In this document: positions 25,843 through 37,785 of the stretch, piece by piece
How positions within the stretch are numbered: position 1 is the first letter of the stretch
How the letters are laid out: each line of letters starts with the position of its first letter
NCBI RefSeq assembly: GCF_009914755.1
Contig: NC_060929.1
Direction: 5' to 3' (one strand)
Length of the DNA stretch: 64,000 bases
Source of the DNA: the human T2T-CHM13v2.0 reference genome, Homo sapiens
Translations under genes and position numbers: made by a program
The notes under the pieces: generated by a model
Database searches by the model: none
What the model was told of the DNA's origin: nothing
Seen by the model: only the letters and a program-made list of their open reading frames with translations

Positions 25843-28077
25843 CAAAACCATTAAACTAGCTTCAAAATCGGGAGTATTTACTTTGAAATGCATCTATAAA
25901 GCTTCATAGTCCACATTGTTTTGTATTAATAGGCACCAAATATATATATATGTTTAGTACTATATTCTTATGCAAAATTTCTACCTAAACCAAAGAGCCA
26001 TTCAATGACTGTTTATTGATCTGTGATCTCAAAGAAACAGTTAATATCTTGGGTATATTTTTTGAAGAACTTTTCCAGTCACTGCCATATATCTATTTTA
26101 AATTTTTTCGGTTTCAATCTTGTAGTGTCTTGAGATTCTAGTCTTTAAGATAAACAATATGATTTCTAGCTTCTGTTTTATCTTTGCAGTTAATTTCAGC
26201 AGTGTTCTGAAATATAAAAAATGCTTCATGAGATTTAGTGTTATCGTTATGTTAGGCTATGCCAGTCCCCGCTTGTAAAAATGCTGCCAAAGCCAGAGCC
26301 TGTCTACCTGATTTTTTTTTCTCATTTATTACTTTTACTTTCAGCTTTTATTTCAGGTTCTGGGGTACATGTGCAGATTTGCTACATGGGTAAATTATGT
26401 CTCATGAGAGTTTGGTGTGAAGATTATTTTGTCACCCAGGTAATGAGCATACCACTTGACAGTTTTTCAATCTTCATCCTCCTTTCAACCTCCTCTTAAG
26501 TAGGCCCCAATGTCTGCTGTCCCCATCTTTGTATCTATGTGTATTCGATTTTTAGTTTCTACTTATAAGTGAAAACATCCAATATTTGGATTTCTGTTTC
26601 TGTGTTTATTTCCATAGGATAATGTCATCCAACTCCATCCACGTTGCTCTGAAGGACATGATTTTTTGCTTTTTATGACTGCATAATATGCCATAGTGTA
26701 TATGTACTATATTTTCTTTATCCAATCAACTGTTGGTGGGCAGTTAAGTTAATTCCATGTCTTTGCTGTTGCGAATAGTGCTGTTATGAACATACATGTG
26801 CACACATGTGTCTTTGCTAGAATTATTTATATTCCTTTGACTGTATATCCAGTAATGAGGTTGCCATATTGAATGGTAGTTCTAAGTTCTTTGAGAAATC
26901 TTCAGACTACTTTCCACAGTAGCTGAACTAATTTATATTCTCACCGACAGTATATAGCCACTCCCTTTTCTCCAGAATCTTGCCACTATCTGTTATTTTT
27001 TTACTGTTTAATAAGAGTTATTCTGACAGGTGTGAGATTCCATCTCATTGTGGTTTTGATTGACATTTCTCTTACAATTAGTGATGTTGAGCATTTTTTC
27101 ATATGCTTGTTGGGTATGTGCATATGTTCTTCTGAGAAGTGCCTATTCACATCCTTTGCCCATTTTTAAATGGGATTATTTGATTTTGCTTGTTGATTTG
27201 TTCCTTATAGATTCTAGATATTTGGCCTTTGTTAGATGCATAGTTTGCAAATATTTTCTCCCTTTCTGTAGTTTGTCTCTTTACTCTGTTGACAGTTTCT
27301 TTGTGCAGAAGTTTTGTTTATTAGGTCTCCCTTGTCAATTTTTGTATTTGTTTCAATTGCTTTTGGAACCTTTGTCATCAAATCTTTGCCAAGGGCTATA
27401 AGAAAACCTATTTCCTAGGTTTTCTTGTAGGATTTTTATAGTTTTTGTCTTACATTTAAGTCTTCAATACATCTTGAAGTTGAGTTTTGTGTATTGTGGA
27501 AAGAACAGATCCAGGGTTCAATCTTCTGCATATGGCTAGCCAGTTATCCCAGCACCATTTATTGAATAAGAAGACCTTTCTCCATTCCTTGTTATTGTTG
27601 TCTTTTTTGAAGATCCATGATTCCAGGTGTGTGGCTTTATTTCTGGGCTTTCCAACATGTTCCATTGGTTTATCTGTTTATCTGTTTTTGTACCAATACC
27701 ATGCTGTTTTGGTTACTGTAGTCTTATAGCATAGTTTAAAATCAGGTACTATGATACCTCCTGCTTTCTTCTTTTTGCTTAGGATTGCTTTGGCTATTCA
27801 GGATTTTTTTCTGGTTCTATATGAATTTTAAAATAGTTTTTCCTAATTCTGTGAAAATTGGTGTTGGTAGTTTGATACAAATAGCATTGTATCTGTAAAC
27901 TGCTTGGGGCACTATGGCCACTTTAACAATATTGGTTCTTTCTATTCCTAGGCATGGAATGTTTTTCCATTTATTTATGTTATTCTGACTTCTTTCAGCA
28001 GTGTTTTGTAATTCTTTGTAGAAATCTTTCATCTCCCATGCTTAGCTGTATTTCTAGTTTTTTATTCTTTTTGTGGC

Positions 28078-28440
28078 TGTATTACTTCCTTCTTACACTG
28101 CTATAAAGAACTGCCTGAGACTGGGTAATTTATAAAGAAAAGAGGTTAAATTGACTCATAGTTCCACATGGCTGGGAAGGTCTCAGGTAACTTACAACCA
28201 TGATGAAAGGGGAAGCAAGCATGTCCTTCACATGGTGACAGTAGAGGGAATTGCAGAGTGAAGTGGGAAAAGGCCCTTATAAAACCATCAGATGTCTTGA
28301 GAACTCATTCACTATCATGAGAACAGCATGGGGGAACAGCCCCCATGATCTAATTACCTCACATGAGGTCCCTTCCCCAACATATGGAGATTACAATTCA
28401 AGATGAGATTTGGGTGGTGGCACAGAGCCAGACCATATCA
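28078..28440 (-). mobile_element. THE1 (THE1C/D-like) solo LTR
   Basis: TG...CA termini, perfect 5-bp TSD GTGGC (28073-77 / 28441-45), GAGACTGGGTAATTTATAAAGAAAAGAGG motif. Confidence 0.93.
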
Positions 28441-30969
28441 GTGGCTATTATAAATGAGATTGCATCCTTGATTTGACTCTAAGATTGGACATTATTGGTG
28501 TATATAAATGGTGTAAGTTTTTCTACACTTATTTTGTATCTTGAAACTTTGCTGAAGTTGTTTATTAGATCTGGGATTCTTTGGCAGGGACTATGTGATT
28601 TTCTAAGTATAGAATCATATCCTCTGTGAAGAGAGATAATTTGGCTTTCTCTCTTTTTATTTGGATGCCTTTTATGTCTTTCTTCTGCCTGATTGTTGTG
28701 GGTAGCACTTCCAGTAGTATGTTGAATAGGAGTGGTGAGAGTGGGCATTCTTGTCTTATTACAAATCTCAAGGGGAATGGTTCCAGCTTTCTCCATTCAG
28801 TATGATTTTGGCTGTGGATTTTTCATCAATTGCTCTTATTATTTTGAGGTATGTTCCTTTATTTCTTAATTTGTTTAGGGTTTTTTAACTTTAAGGGGTA
28901 TTGAATTTTATCAAAAGTCTTTTATGTGTCTGTTGAGATAATCATGTGGTTTTTCTTTTTAGTTCTGTTTATATGGTGAATTGCATTTATTGATTTGTGT
29001 ATGTTGAACCAACCTTGCATCCCAGGAATAAAGCCTGCTTGATTGCAGTGGATTCACTGTTTTATGTGCTGCTGGATTCAGTTTGCTAGTTTTTTTTTTT
29101 TTTTTTTTGAGGATTTTGCATATATGTCTATTAGGGATACTGGCTTGAAGTTTTCTTTTTTCATTGTGTCTCTGCTAGGTTTTGTTATCAAACTCATAGA
29201 ATAAGTTAGGGATCAATCCCTCTTCCTCCCTTCTTTGGAATAGTTTCAGTAGGACTTTTGTCAGCTTTTCTCTGTATGTCTGGTAGAAGTCAGCTGTGAA
29301 TTCATCTGCCAGAGCTTTTTCTGGTTGGTAGGCTTTTTATTACTGATTCAATTCAAGAACTTGTTACTGATCAGTTTGGGGTTTCAGTTTCCTTATGGTT
29401 CAATCCAACAGGTTCTTTGTTTCAAGGAATTTATCATTTTCTTCTAGCTTTTCAACTTTGTGTGCATAGAGGTGTTCAAAATAGTCTCTGATGGCTTCTT
29501 GTATTTCTTTGGGGACTCTGATAAGAACTCCTTTGTTATCTCTGATTATGTTTACTGGGATCTTTTCCCTTTTTTCTTTATTAGTCTAGCTAGTAGAATA
29601 TTAACCTTAAAAAACCCCAACTATTGGTTTTGTTAATGTTTTGTATGATTTTTTGCATCTCAATTTTATTCAGTTCAGCTCTGATTTTGGTTATTTTCTC
29701 TTGCTATATTTGGTGTTGGTTTGCTCTTGTTTTTATCGTTCTTCTATGTTGTTAATTTGAGATCATTCTAACTGTCTGATGTCAATGTTTAGCACTATTA
29801 CTTTCTCTTAACACTGCTTTAGTGTCCAAGAGACTCTGATATGCTGTATTTTTACTTTCATGAGTTTCAAAGAATTTCTTGGTCCTATCCTAATTTTATT
29901 GTTTATCCCAAAGTGATTCAGAAGCAAGTGTTAAATTGCTGTGTAATTCTGTGATTTAGAGAGATCTTGGTATAGTTTCTATTTTTATTCTGTGATCTGA
30001 GAGTGTAGTTGGTATAATTTCAGTTTTTTTGGGATTTGTTGAAAATTGCTTTATGGCCAACAGTGTGGTTAACTTTAGTGTATGTGCCATGTGCAGATGA
30101 GAAGAATGTGTATTCTGCTATTGTTGAGGGGATTGTTCTATAGTTGTCTGTTAGGTCCATTTGGTCAAGTGTCAAGTTTAGATCCTGAATATCTTTGTTG
30201 GTTTTCTGTCTCAATGATCTGTCTAATAGTGTCAGTGGAGTGTTCAAGTCTCCTACTATTATTGTATGGTTATCTAGTCTCTTCATAAGTCTCTAAGAAC
30301 TTGTTTTATGAATCTGGGTGCTCCAGTGTTGGGTGTGTATATATTTAGGATAGTTAAGTCTTCTTATTGAATTTAAGTCTTTATCACTATATGATGTTTC
30401 TCTGTCTTTTTTGATCATTGCTGGTTTAAAGTCTGTTTTGTCTGAAGTAAGAATAGCACCCCCTGCTCTTTTTGTTTTCCATTTGTTTGATGGATTTTTC
30501 TCCACCTTTTTACTCTGACCCTATTTGTGTCAGTGCATGTGACATGGGTCTCTTGAAGACAGCATACAGTCTTGAAGACAGCATAGATTTGGATCCTGCT
30601 TATTTATCCAACTTGCCACTCTTTGTCTTTTAATAACCATTTAGCCCATTTATAATCAAGGTTAATATTGATATGCATGGATTTGATCCTGTCATTTTGT
30701 TGTTATGAAGACTTGATTGTGTAGTTACTTTATAGTGTCAATGGATTATGTACTTAAGTATGTTTTTGTGGTGGCCAGTAATGATCTTTCATTTCCATGA
30801 TTAGCACTCCCTTTAGGACCTCTTATAAGACAGGTTTAGTGTTAAAAAAAAAAATCCCTTAGCATTTGCTTGTTTGAAAAGGATTTTATTTCTCCTTTGC
30901 TATGAAGCTTAGTTTGGTTGGATATGAAATTCTTAGTTGTAATATCTTTTCTTTAAACATGCCACATTT

Positions 30970-33900
30970 AAAGGAGGTGGCTGAGATGGCCAACTACTAG
31001 CAGCTAGTGTGTGTTGCTCTCATGGAGAGGAACAGAAGGGGTAAGTAAATACAGCAACTTCAACCGAAACATCCAGCCACTTACATTGGGAATAATCAAG
31101 GAAACAACTTGACCCAAAGAGAATGGAGAAAAGTGAGGGAGGATGATGGCCCATCTGGAATGACAGAACCAGGGGAACATCCCTCACCCAGGGAAGTGGT
31201 GAATGAATGTGCAACCCTGGAAACCCATGCTTCTCTCATGGATTTTTGCAACTTTTAGGTCAGGAGATGCTCTCATTCATGAACCTACTTCACCAGGGCT
31301 TTAAGTCTGACACACAGAGCTATGTGGAGTCTTGGCAGAGCAGCCACTCAGCCATGTGCAGAGACCAAGGAGCTTTAGATACTCAGGGTTTATGGGCATC
31401 CTGGCAAAAGCAGCTGCAACTCCAGCAAAGCAGGAGGTTAGACTCCCATACATACCCCTAGGAAAAAGGCTAAATCCAGGAGGCCAAGCAGCAGCAGTCT
31501 GCAGACCCCACTTCTATGGCACCTTACAAGATAAGACCCACTGTCTTTGAATTCCAGCCAGCCACCAGTAGCAGCATTACATCTCCCTGAGATGGAGCTC
31601 CCAGAGGGATGGGTGGGCTGCCATTTTTGATGTTTAGGTGACTTAGCCATTCCAACCTTCAGGCTTAGGAGACTCCAAGCTGACTGGGGGCAGAGGTGAT
31701 ACCTCAACACAGCACAGCTGGGGCCTCCAGCCACCTGGATCAGTGTCCTCCTGCGTACAGAGATATGAAACCTCTCTAGGACAGAGCTCCCTTGGTGTGG
31801 GGGGGTGGGCTGCCATCGTTGCTGTTTGGGCAACTTATCCATTCCAGCCCTTGGGCTTTGGAAAGTCCAAACTAATTGGGGACAGAGGCAGTACCCCAGT
31901 ATAGCACAGCTGCTCTGTGAAAATGTGGCCTGACTGCTTTTTAAAGCAGGTCCCTGATCCCATTCATCATCACTCGGTAGAGCCTCCCAACAGAGGTCTC
32001 AAGCCACCTCCTACAGGTGCATTTGGGCTGGCAATAGGTCCATACCTCCCTGGGATTGAGCTCCCAAAGGGAGAGGCAGGCTGCCATCTTTGCTGTTTCA
32101 CAGCCTTCACTGGTGACAACTCCAGGTACTTGAAAATGTGAGGCAACTAGAAACTAGACGAGACCCCCAGAATATCACAGCAGCCCTACAGAAAACTGGC
32201 TAGACTGTTACATGTGTGCCCATTCCCATATCTCCTCAGCAGGCAGGTCTTCCATGCCTGGGCCTCTAGCCACCCCTGACCAGAGCTATCAAGCCAGTAG
32301 CAACTTGGCAATTCCCTGAACAGAGCCTCCAGGAGCAACTGAAAACCTCTCTTCCATTGTCTTTGAAGAGAAACTGTTTTTATTACCCTCAGACTAATGA
32401 AGGAGCAAAGACCTTAGGTGCCTCATCCACATCTCCAACAAGCTGCAGTTGACCCAAGCAGAGGAGGCCAATCCATCTCTCATGGGTCCCATACACCCTC
32501 TACTGATTGTCACCAGACAGGGAACTCTTGGCTAGAACCCTCCATCTTGGGTTGATTTCACTGAGTGATTGCTGACCCACATCTATCTGGGGTGGAGTCC
32601 CCAGGAGACAAGCAAAGTAGTGGGGCAGCAAGCCAGCTGATGTGGACTCCAGAGGGTTTGGTGTGGAGCCGCACCTTTAGTGGAGTGTGGCCAGGAACGG
32701 CCATCCTTCTAGGTTCAACTTGCTCCCATAAGAGACGTTAGCCTTAGGGGAAGTGTTGGACTTGATCTCTGCTGGGTGGTCTGGCACATCAGATGAGGTT
32801 GGTCAGACCTGAGCACTCCATGGTCCACTGGTATCTAACAGGGCCCCAGCCTGGCCATGACCACTTACAGGGGAGTTCAAGGTGCCCTGGGGCAAACAAC
32901 ATAGCTTCTATGATAGCAGACCGTGCCTGACCAGTGGAGAGGTCCAGTGTGGAAACCCTTATGGCCATGCACCAGCTCACACCTTCCCTTCTTATACTAC
33001 AGCTTCCCCTGAGCCCATGGCAAGTCCCCACATCATTTTGCTGGCATGTAACTGCACAGGCAGGTTTTGCTTTACTTGCCCTGCCAGCATGCAGAAGTAC
33101 AGTACACTGCCCCACCCCTGTTGACCACCATTGCAGATGTAGTCTTGGCACGCACAGAACCAGCATGCCCTGCACCCACTAGTGCCCCACCCTTGTCCTA
33201 ATGCTGGGCAGAAGACAGGGGATCCTCCCACATCCTGAGCAATCACTTCCACTTGCGGAGCACAGGGAGGCACCTAAATCTGCACCAGGCAGCACCATAC
33301 TCGAAGCTAACACCACCTTGAGTGCAACAGCACACACAGTCTCCAGCAGGGGCCCTCCTGCTCCTGAATGCCCTTTCCCACTAGTGCAGTGGACTGTAAA
33401 CTTTGAGAATCCAGAGAATAAAGTTGGGGCCCAATACAAGTCCCCAAGAGTTAGAGCATACCGTCCAGAAGTTGGGAGTGGAACGTTAAAACCTCCCCCA
33501 AATGAAGCCAGTCTACTGAATCCACCTTATACCACAATGAAACCCTCAAGGTAATCAAATAGGATAAAAGAAAAAAAATCCAAGATCAGCAGCCTCAAAG
33601 ATTGAAGATAGATAAGCCCACAAAGATGAGAAAGAATCAGTGCAAGAATGCCGAAAACTCAAAAAGTCAGAGTGCCTTCTTTCCTCCAAATGACTGCAAC
33701 ACCTCTTCACCAAGGTTTTGGAACAAGGCTGAGGCTGAAGATGGCTGAAATGACAGAAGTAGAATTCAGGATAGGGGTAGGTACAAAGTTCACTGAGCTA
33801 CAGGAATATGTGGTAATCCAATTCAAGGAAGCTAAAAATCATAATAAAACATTGCAGGAACTGACAGACAAAATAGCCAGTATAAAGAAGAACATAACTG

Positions 33901-36900
33901 ACTCTATAGAGCTAAAAATCATACTACAAGAATTTCATAATGCAATCACAAATATTAATAGCAGAATAGACAAAGCAGAGGAAACAATCTCAGAGCTTAA
34001 AGACTGGCTTTCTTAAATAAGACAGGGAGAAAAGAGTAAAGAAAAAAGAATAAAAAGGAATGAACAAAACCTATGAAACTATGGGATTACGTAAGGAGAC
34101 TGAATCTATGAATGATTTGTATACATGAAAGAGATGGGGAAAATGGAACCAACTTGTAAGACATACTTCAGTATATTTTCCAGGAGAGTTTCCCCAACTT
34201 AACTAGAGAGGCTAACATTCAAATTCAGAAAATTCAGAGAAGCCCAGTAAGATACTTCACAAAAAGGTCATCCCTAAGACACATAATCTTCAGATTCTCC
34301 AAGGTCAAAATGAAAGAATAAAATGTTAAAGGCAGCTAGAGAGAAAGGCCAGGTCATATACAAAGGGAAGCCCATCAGACTCATATACAAAGGGAAGCCC
34401 ATCAGACTAACAGAAGACCTCTCAGCAGAAACCCTACAAGACAGAAGAGACTGTGGACCAATATTCAACATTCTTAAAAGAAATTCTAACCATGGAAATT
34501 GAACAACCTGCTGCTGAATGACTCTTGGGTAAACAATGAAATTAAGGCAGAAATCAAGAAGTTCTTGAAACTAATGAGTACAAAGAGAAAATGTACAGAG
34601 TATCTAGGTCTCAAATAAGACAGTGGTAAGAGGCAAATTTATAGCAATAAATGCCCACATCAAAAAGTTAGAAAGATCTCAAGTTAACAACCTAACATCA
34701 CAACTAAAAGACCTAAAGAACAGAACAAACAAATCCTAAAGCTAGCAGAAGACAAGAAAGAACCAAAATCAGAGCTAAACTGAAGAAGACTGAGACACCA
34801 GAAACCATTCAAAAGATCAACAAATCCAGGAGCTATTTTTTGAAAATATTAGTAAAATAGATAGGCCACTAGGTATACTAATAAAGAAGAAAAGAGAGAA
34901 ATTCAAATAAACACAACCAGAAACACAAAGGGAGATATTACCACTGACACTCCAGAAATACAAACAACAATCAAAATATTATGAACATCTCTATGCATAT
35001 AAACTAGAAAATCTAGAAGAAATGGATACATTCCTGCTCATATACACACTCCCAAGACTGAACCAGGAAAAAAATTGAATCCCTGAACAGAACAATAACA
35101 AACAATGAAATTCAGGCAGTAATAAGTGGCCTACCAACCAAAAAAAAAAAAAAAAAAAAAGCCCAGGACTAGATGGATTCACAGCTTAATTTTACCAGAT
35201 GTACAAGGAAGAGTTGGTACTATTCCTACTGAAACTATTCCAAAAAATTGAGGAGGAAGTCCTCCTCCCTAACTCATTCTAGGAGGCCAGTATAATCCTG
35301 ATACCCAAACCTGGCAAACATAGGAGAAAAAAAGAAAACATCAGGCCAATATCCTTGATGAACATCGATGCAAAAATCCTCAACAAAACACTGGCAAGCC
35401 AAATTCAGCAGCACATCAAAAAGCTTATCCACCAGGATCAAGTAGGCTTTATCCCTGGGATGCAATGTTGGTTCAACATACACAAATCAGTAAATGTAAT
35501 TCATTACATAAATAGAACTAAAGACAAAAAAACCACATGATCACTTCAATAGATGCAGAAAAGGCTTTTGATAAAATTCAACATTCATTCATATTAAAAA
35601 CTCTCTATAAACTAGGTATTGAAGGAATATACCTCAAAATAGTAAGAGCCATATATGACAAACCCACACTCAACATCATACTGAATGGGCAATAGCCAGA
35701 ACCACTCCCCTTGAAAATCGACACAAGACAAGGATGCCCTCTCTCACTATTCCCATTCAACATAGTATTGGAAGTCCTGGCCAGGGCAATCCAGCAAGAG
35801 AAAGAAATAATGGACATCCAAATAGGAAGAGAGGGAGTCATACTATCTTTGTTTGCAGATGACAGAGTCCGATGTTAGAAAACCCTATTGTCTCAGCCAA
35901 AAAGCTTCTTAAGCTGATAAACAACTTCAGCAAAGTCTCAGGATACAAAATCAATGTGCAAAAATCGATAGCATTTCTACACATTAACAGCAGTCAAGCC
36001 GAGAGCCAAATTAGGAACAAATTCTAATACACAATTGCCACAAAAAGAATAAAATATCTAGAAATACAGCTAACTTTGGAGGTGAAAGATCTCTACAAAA
36101 GAACTACAAAACACTGCTCAAAGATATCAGACATAACACAAGCAAATGGAAAAACATTTTATTCTCATGGATAGGAGGAATGAGTGTCATTAAATTGGCC
36201 ATATTACCCAAAGGAATTTATAAATTTAATGATATTTCTATTAAACTTCTATTCAGATTCTGCAAAGAACTATAAAAAAAACTATTTAAAAATTCCTATG
36301 GAACCAAAAAAGAGACAGAATATCCAGGGCAATAAGCTAAGAAATAAGAACAAAGCTGGAGGCATTACATTCCCTGACTTGAAAATATACTACAGGGCTA
36401 CAGCAACCAAAACAACATGGTACTGGCATAGGAGCAGACCTATAGACCAATGGAACAGAATAGAGAACCCAGAAATATGTCTGAACACCTTCAGCTATCT
36501 GATCTTTGATTAATCTGACAAAAACAAGCAGTGGGAAAAGGGTTTTCTATTAAGTAAATGGCGATGGGATAACTGGATAGCCATATGTAGAAGATTAAAA
36601 CTGGAGCTTATCCTTACACCATATACAAAAATTAACTCAAAATGAATTAAAGACTTAAATGTAAAACCCAAAACTATGAAAACCCTGGAAGACAACCTAA
36701 GCAATACCATTCAGGACATAGGCCCTGGCAAAGATTTCATGAAAAGGATGCTGAAAGCAATTGCAACAGAAGCAAAAATTGACACAAAGGGTATCATTAA
36801 ACTAAAGAGCTTCTGCACAGTGAAAGAAAGTATTAACAGAGTAAACAGACAACCTACAGGAAGGGAGAAAATTTTGCAAACTATGCATCTGATAAAGGTC

Positions 36901-37785
36901 TAGTATCCAGCATCTATATGGAAATTAAACAAACTTACAAGAAAAAAAACAATCTCATTAAAAAGTGGGCAAAGAACATGAACAGGCACTTTTCAAAATA
37001 AGACATACATGTGGTCAACAATCATATGAAAAAAAGCTCAATATCATTGATCTTTAGAGAAATACAAATCAAAACCACAATGAGATTCCATCTCACACCA
37101 GTTAGAATGACTATTATTAAAAAGAAAAAATAACAGATGCTGGGAGGTTGTGGAGAAAGAGGAATGCTTATACACTGTTGGTGGGAGTGTAAATTAGTTC
37201 AGTCATTGTGGAAGACAGTGTGGTGACTCCTCAAAGCCCTAAAAACAGAAATATCATTTGACCCAGCAACCCTATTACTGGGCATAAACCCAAAGGAATA
37301 TAAATTATTCTATTATAAAGACACATGCATGCATGTGTTCATTGCAACACTCTTCACAATAGCAAAGACAGAATCAACTTAAATTCCCATCAGTGATAGA
37401 CTGGATAAAGAAATGTGGCACATATGCAACATGGAATACTATGCAGTCATAAAAAGAATGAGACTGTGGCCTTTGCAAGGACATGGATGGAGCTGAAGGG
37501 CGTTATCCTTAACAAATTAATGGAGGAACAGAAAACCAAATACCCCATGTTCTCATCTATAAGTGGGAGCTAAATGATGAGAACACAGGGATGCATAGAT
37601 GGGAACAACACACTGGAGCCCTTTGGACGGTGTAGGGTGGGAGGAGGGAAAGGATCAGGAAAAATAACTATTGGCCTAATACCTGGGTGATGAAATAATC
37701 TGTACAACAAACCCCCATGACTCATGTTTACCTATGTAATAAACCTTCATATGTATCCCTGAACTTAAAATAAAAGTTAAAAAAT
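30970..37785 (+). mobile_element. Near full-length L1PA13-like element with long 5'UTR and internal deletion
   Basis: 5' YY1-like GAGATGGCC, GC-rich UTR to ~33700, ORF1 remnant (33648-34016), ORF2 remnants, 3'UTR ending CTTAAAATAAAAGTTAAAAAA; ORF1-to-ORF2 jump at ~34490. Confidence 0.88.

Noticed and set aside
31207-33554. Cluster of overlapping 70-134 aa ORFs
   Set aside because: They lie in a GC-rich L1 5'UTR where stop codons are rarer; no recognisable domain.
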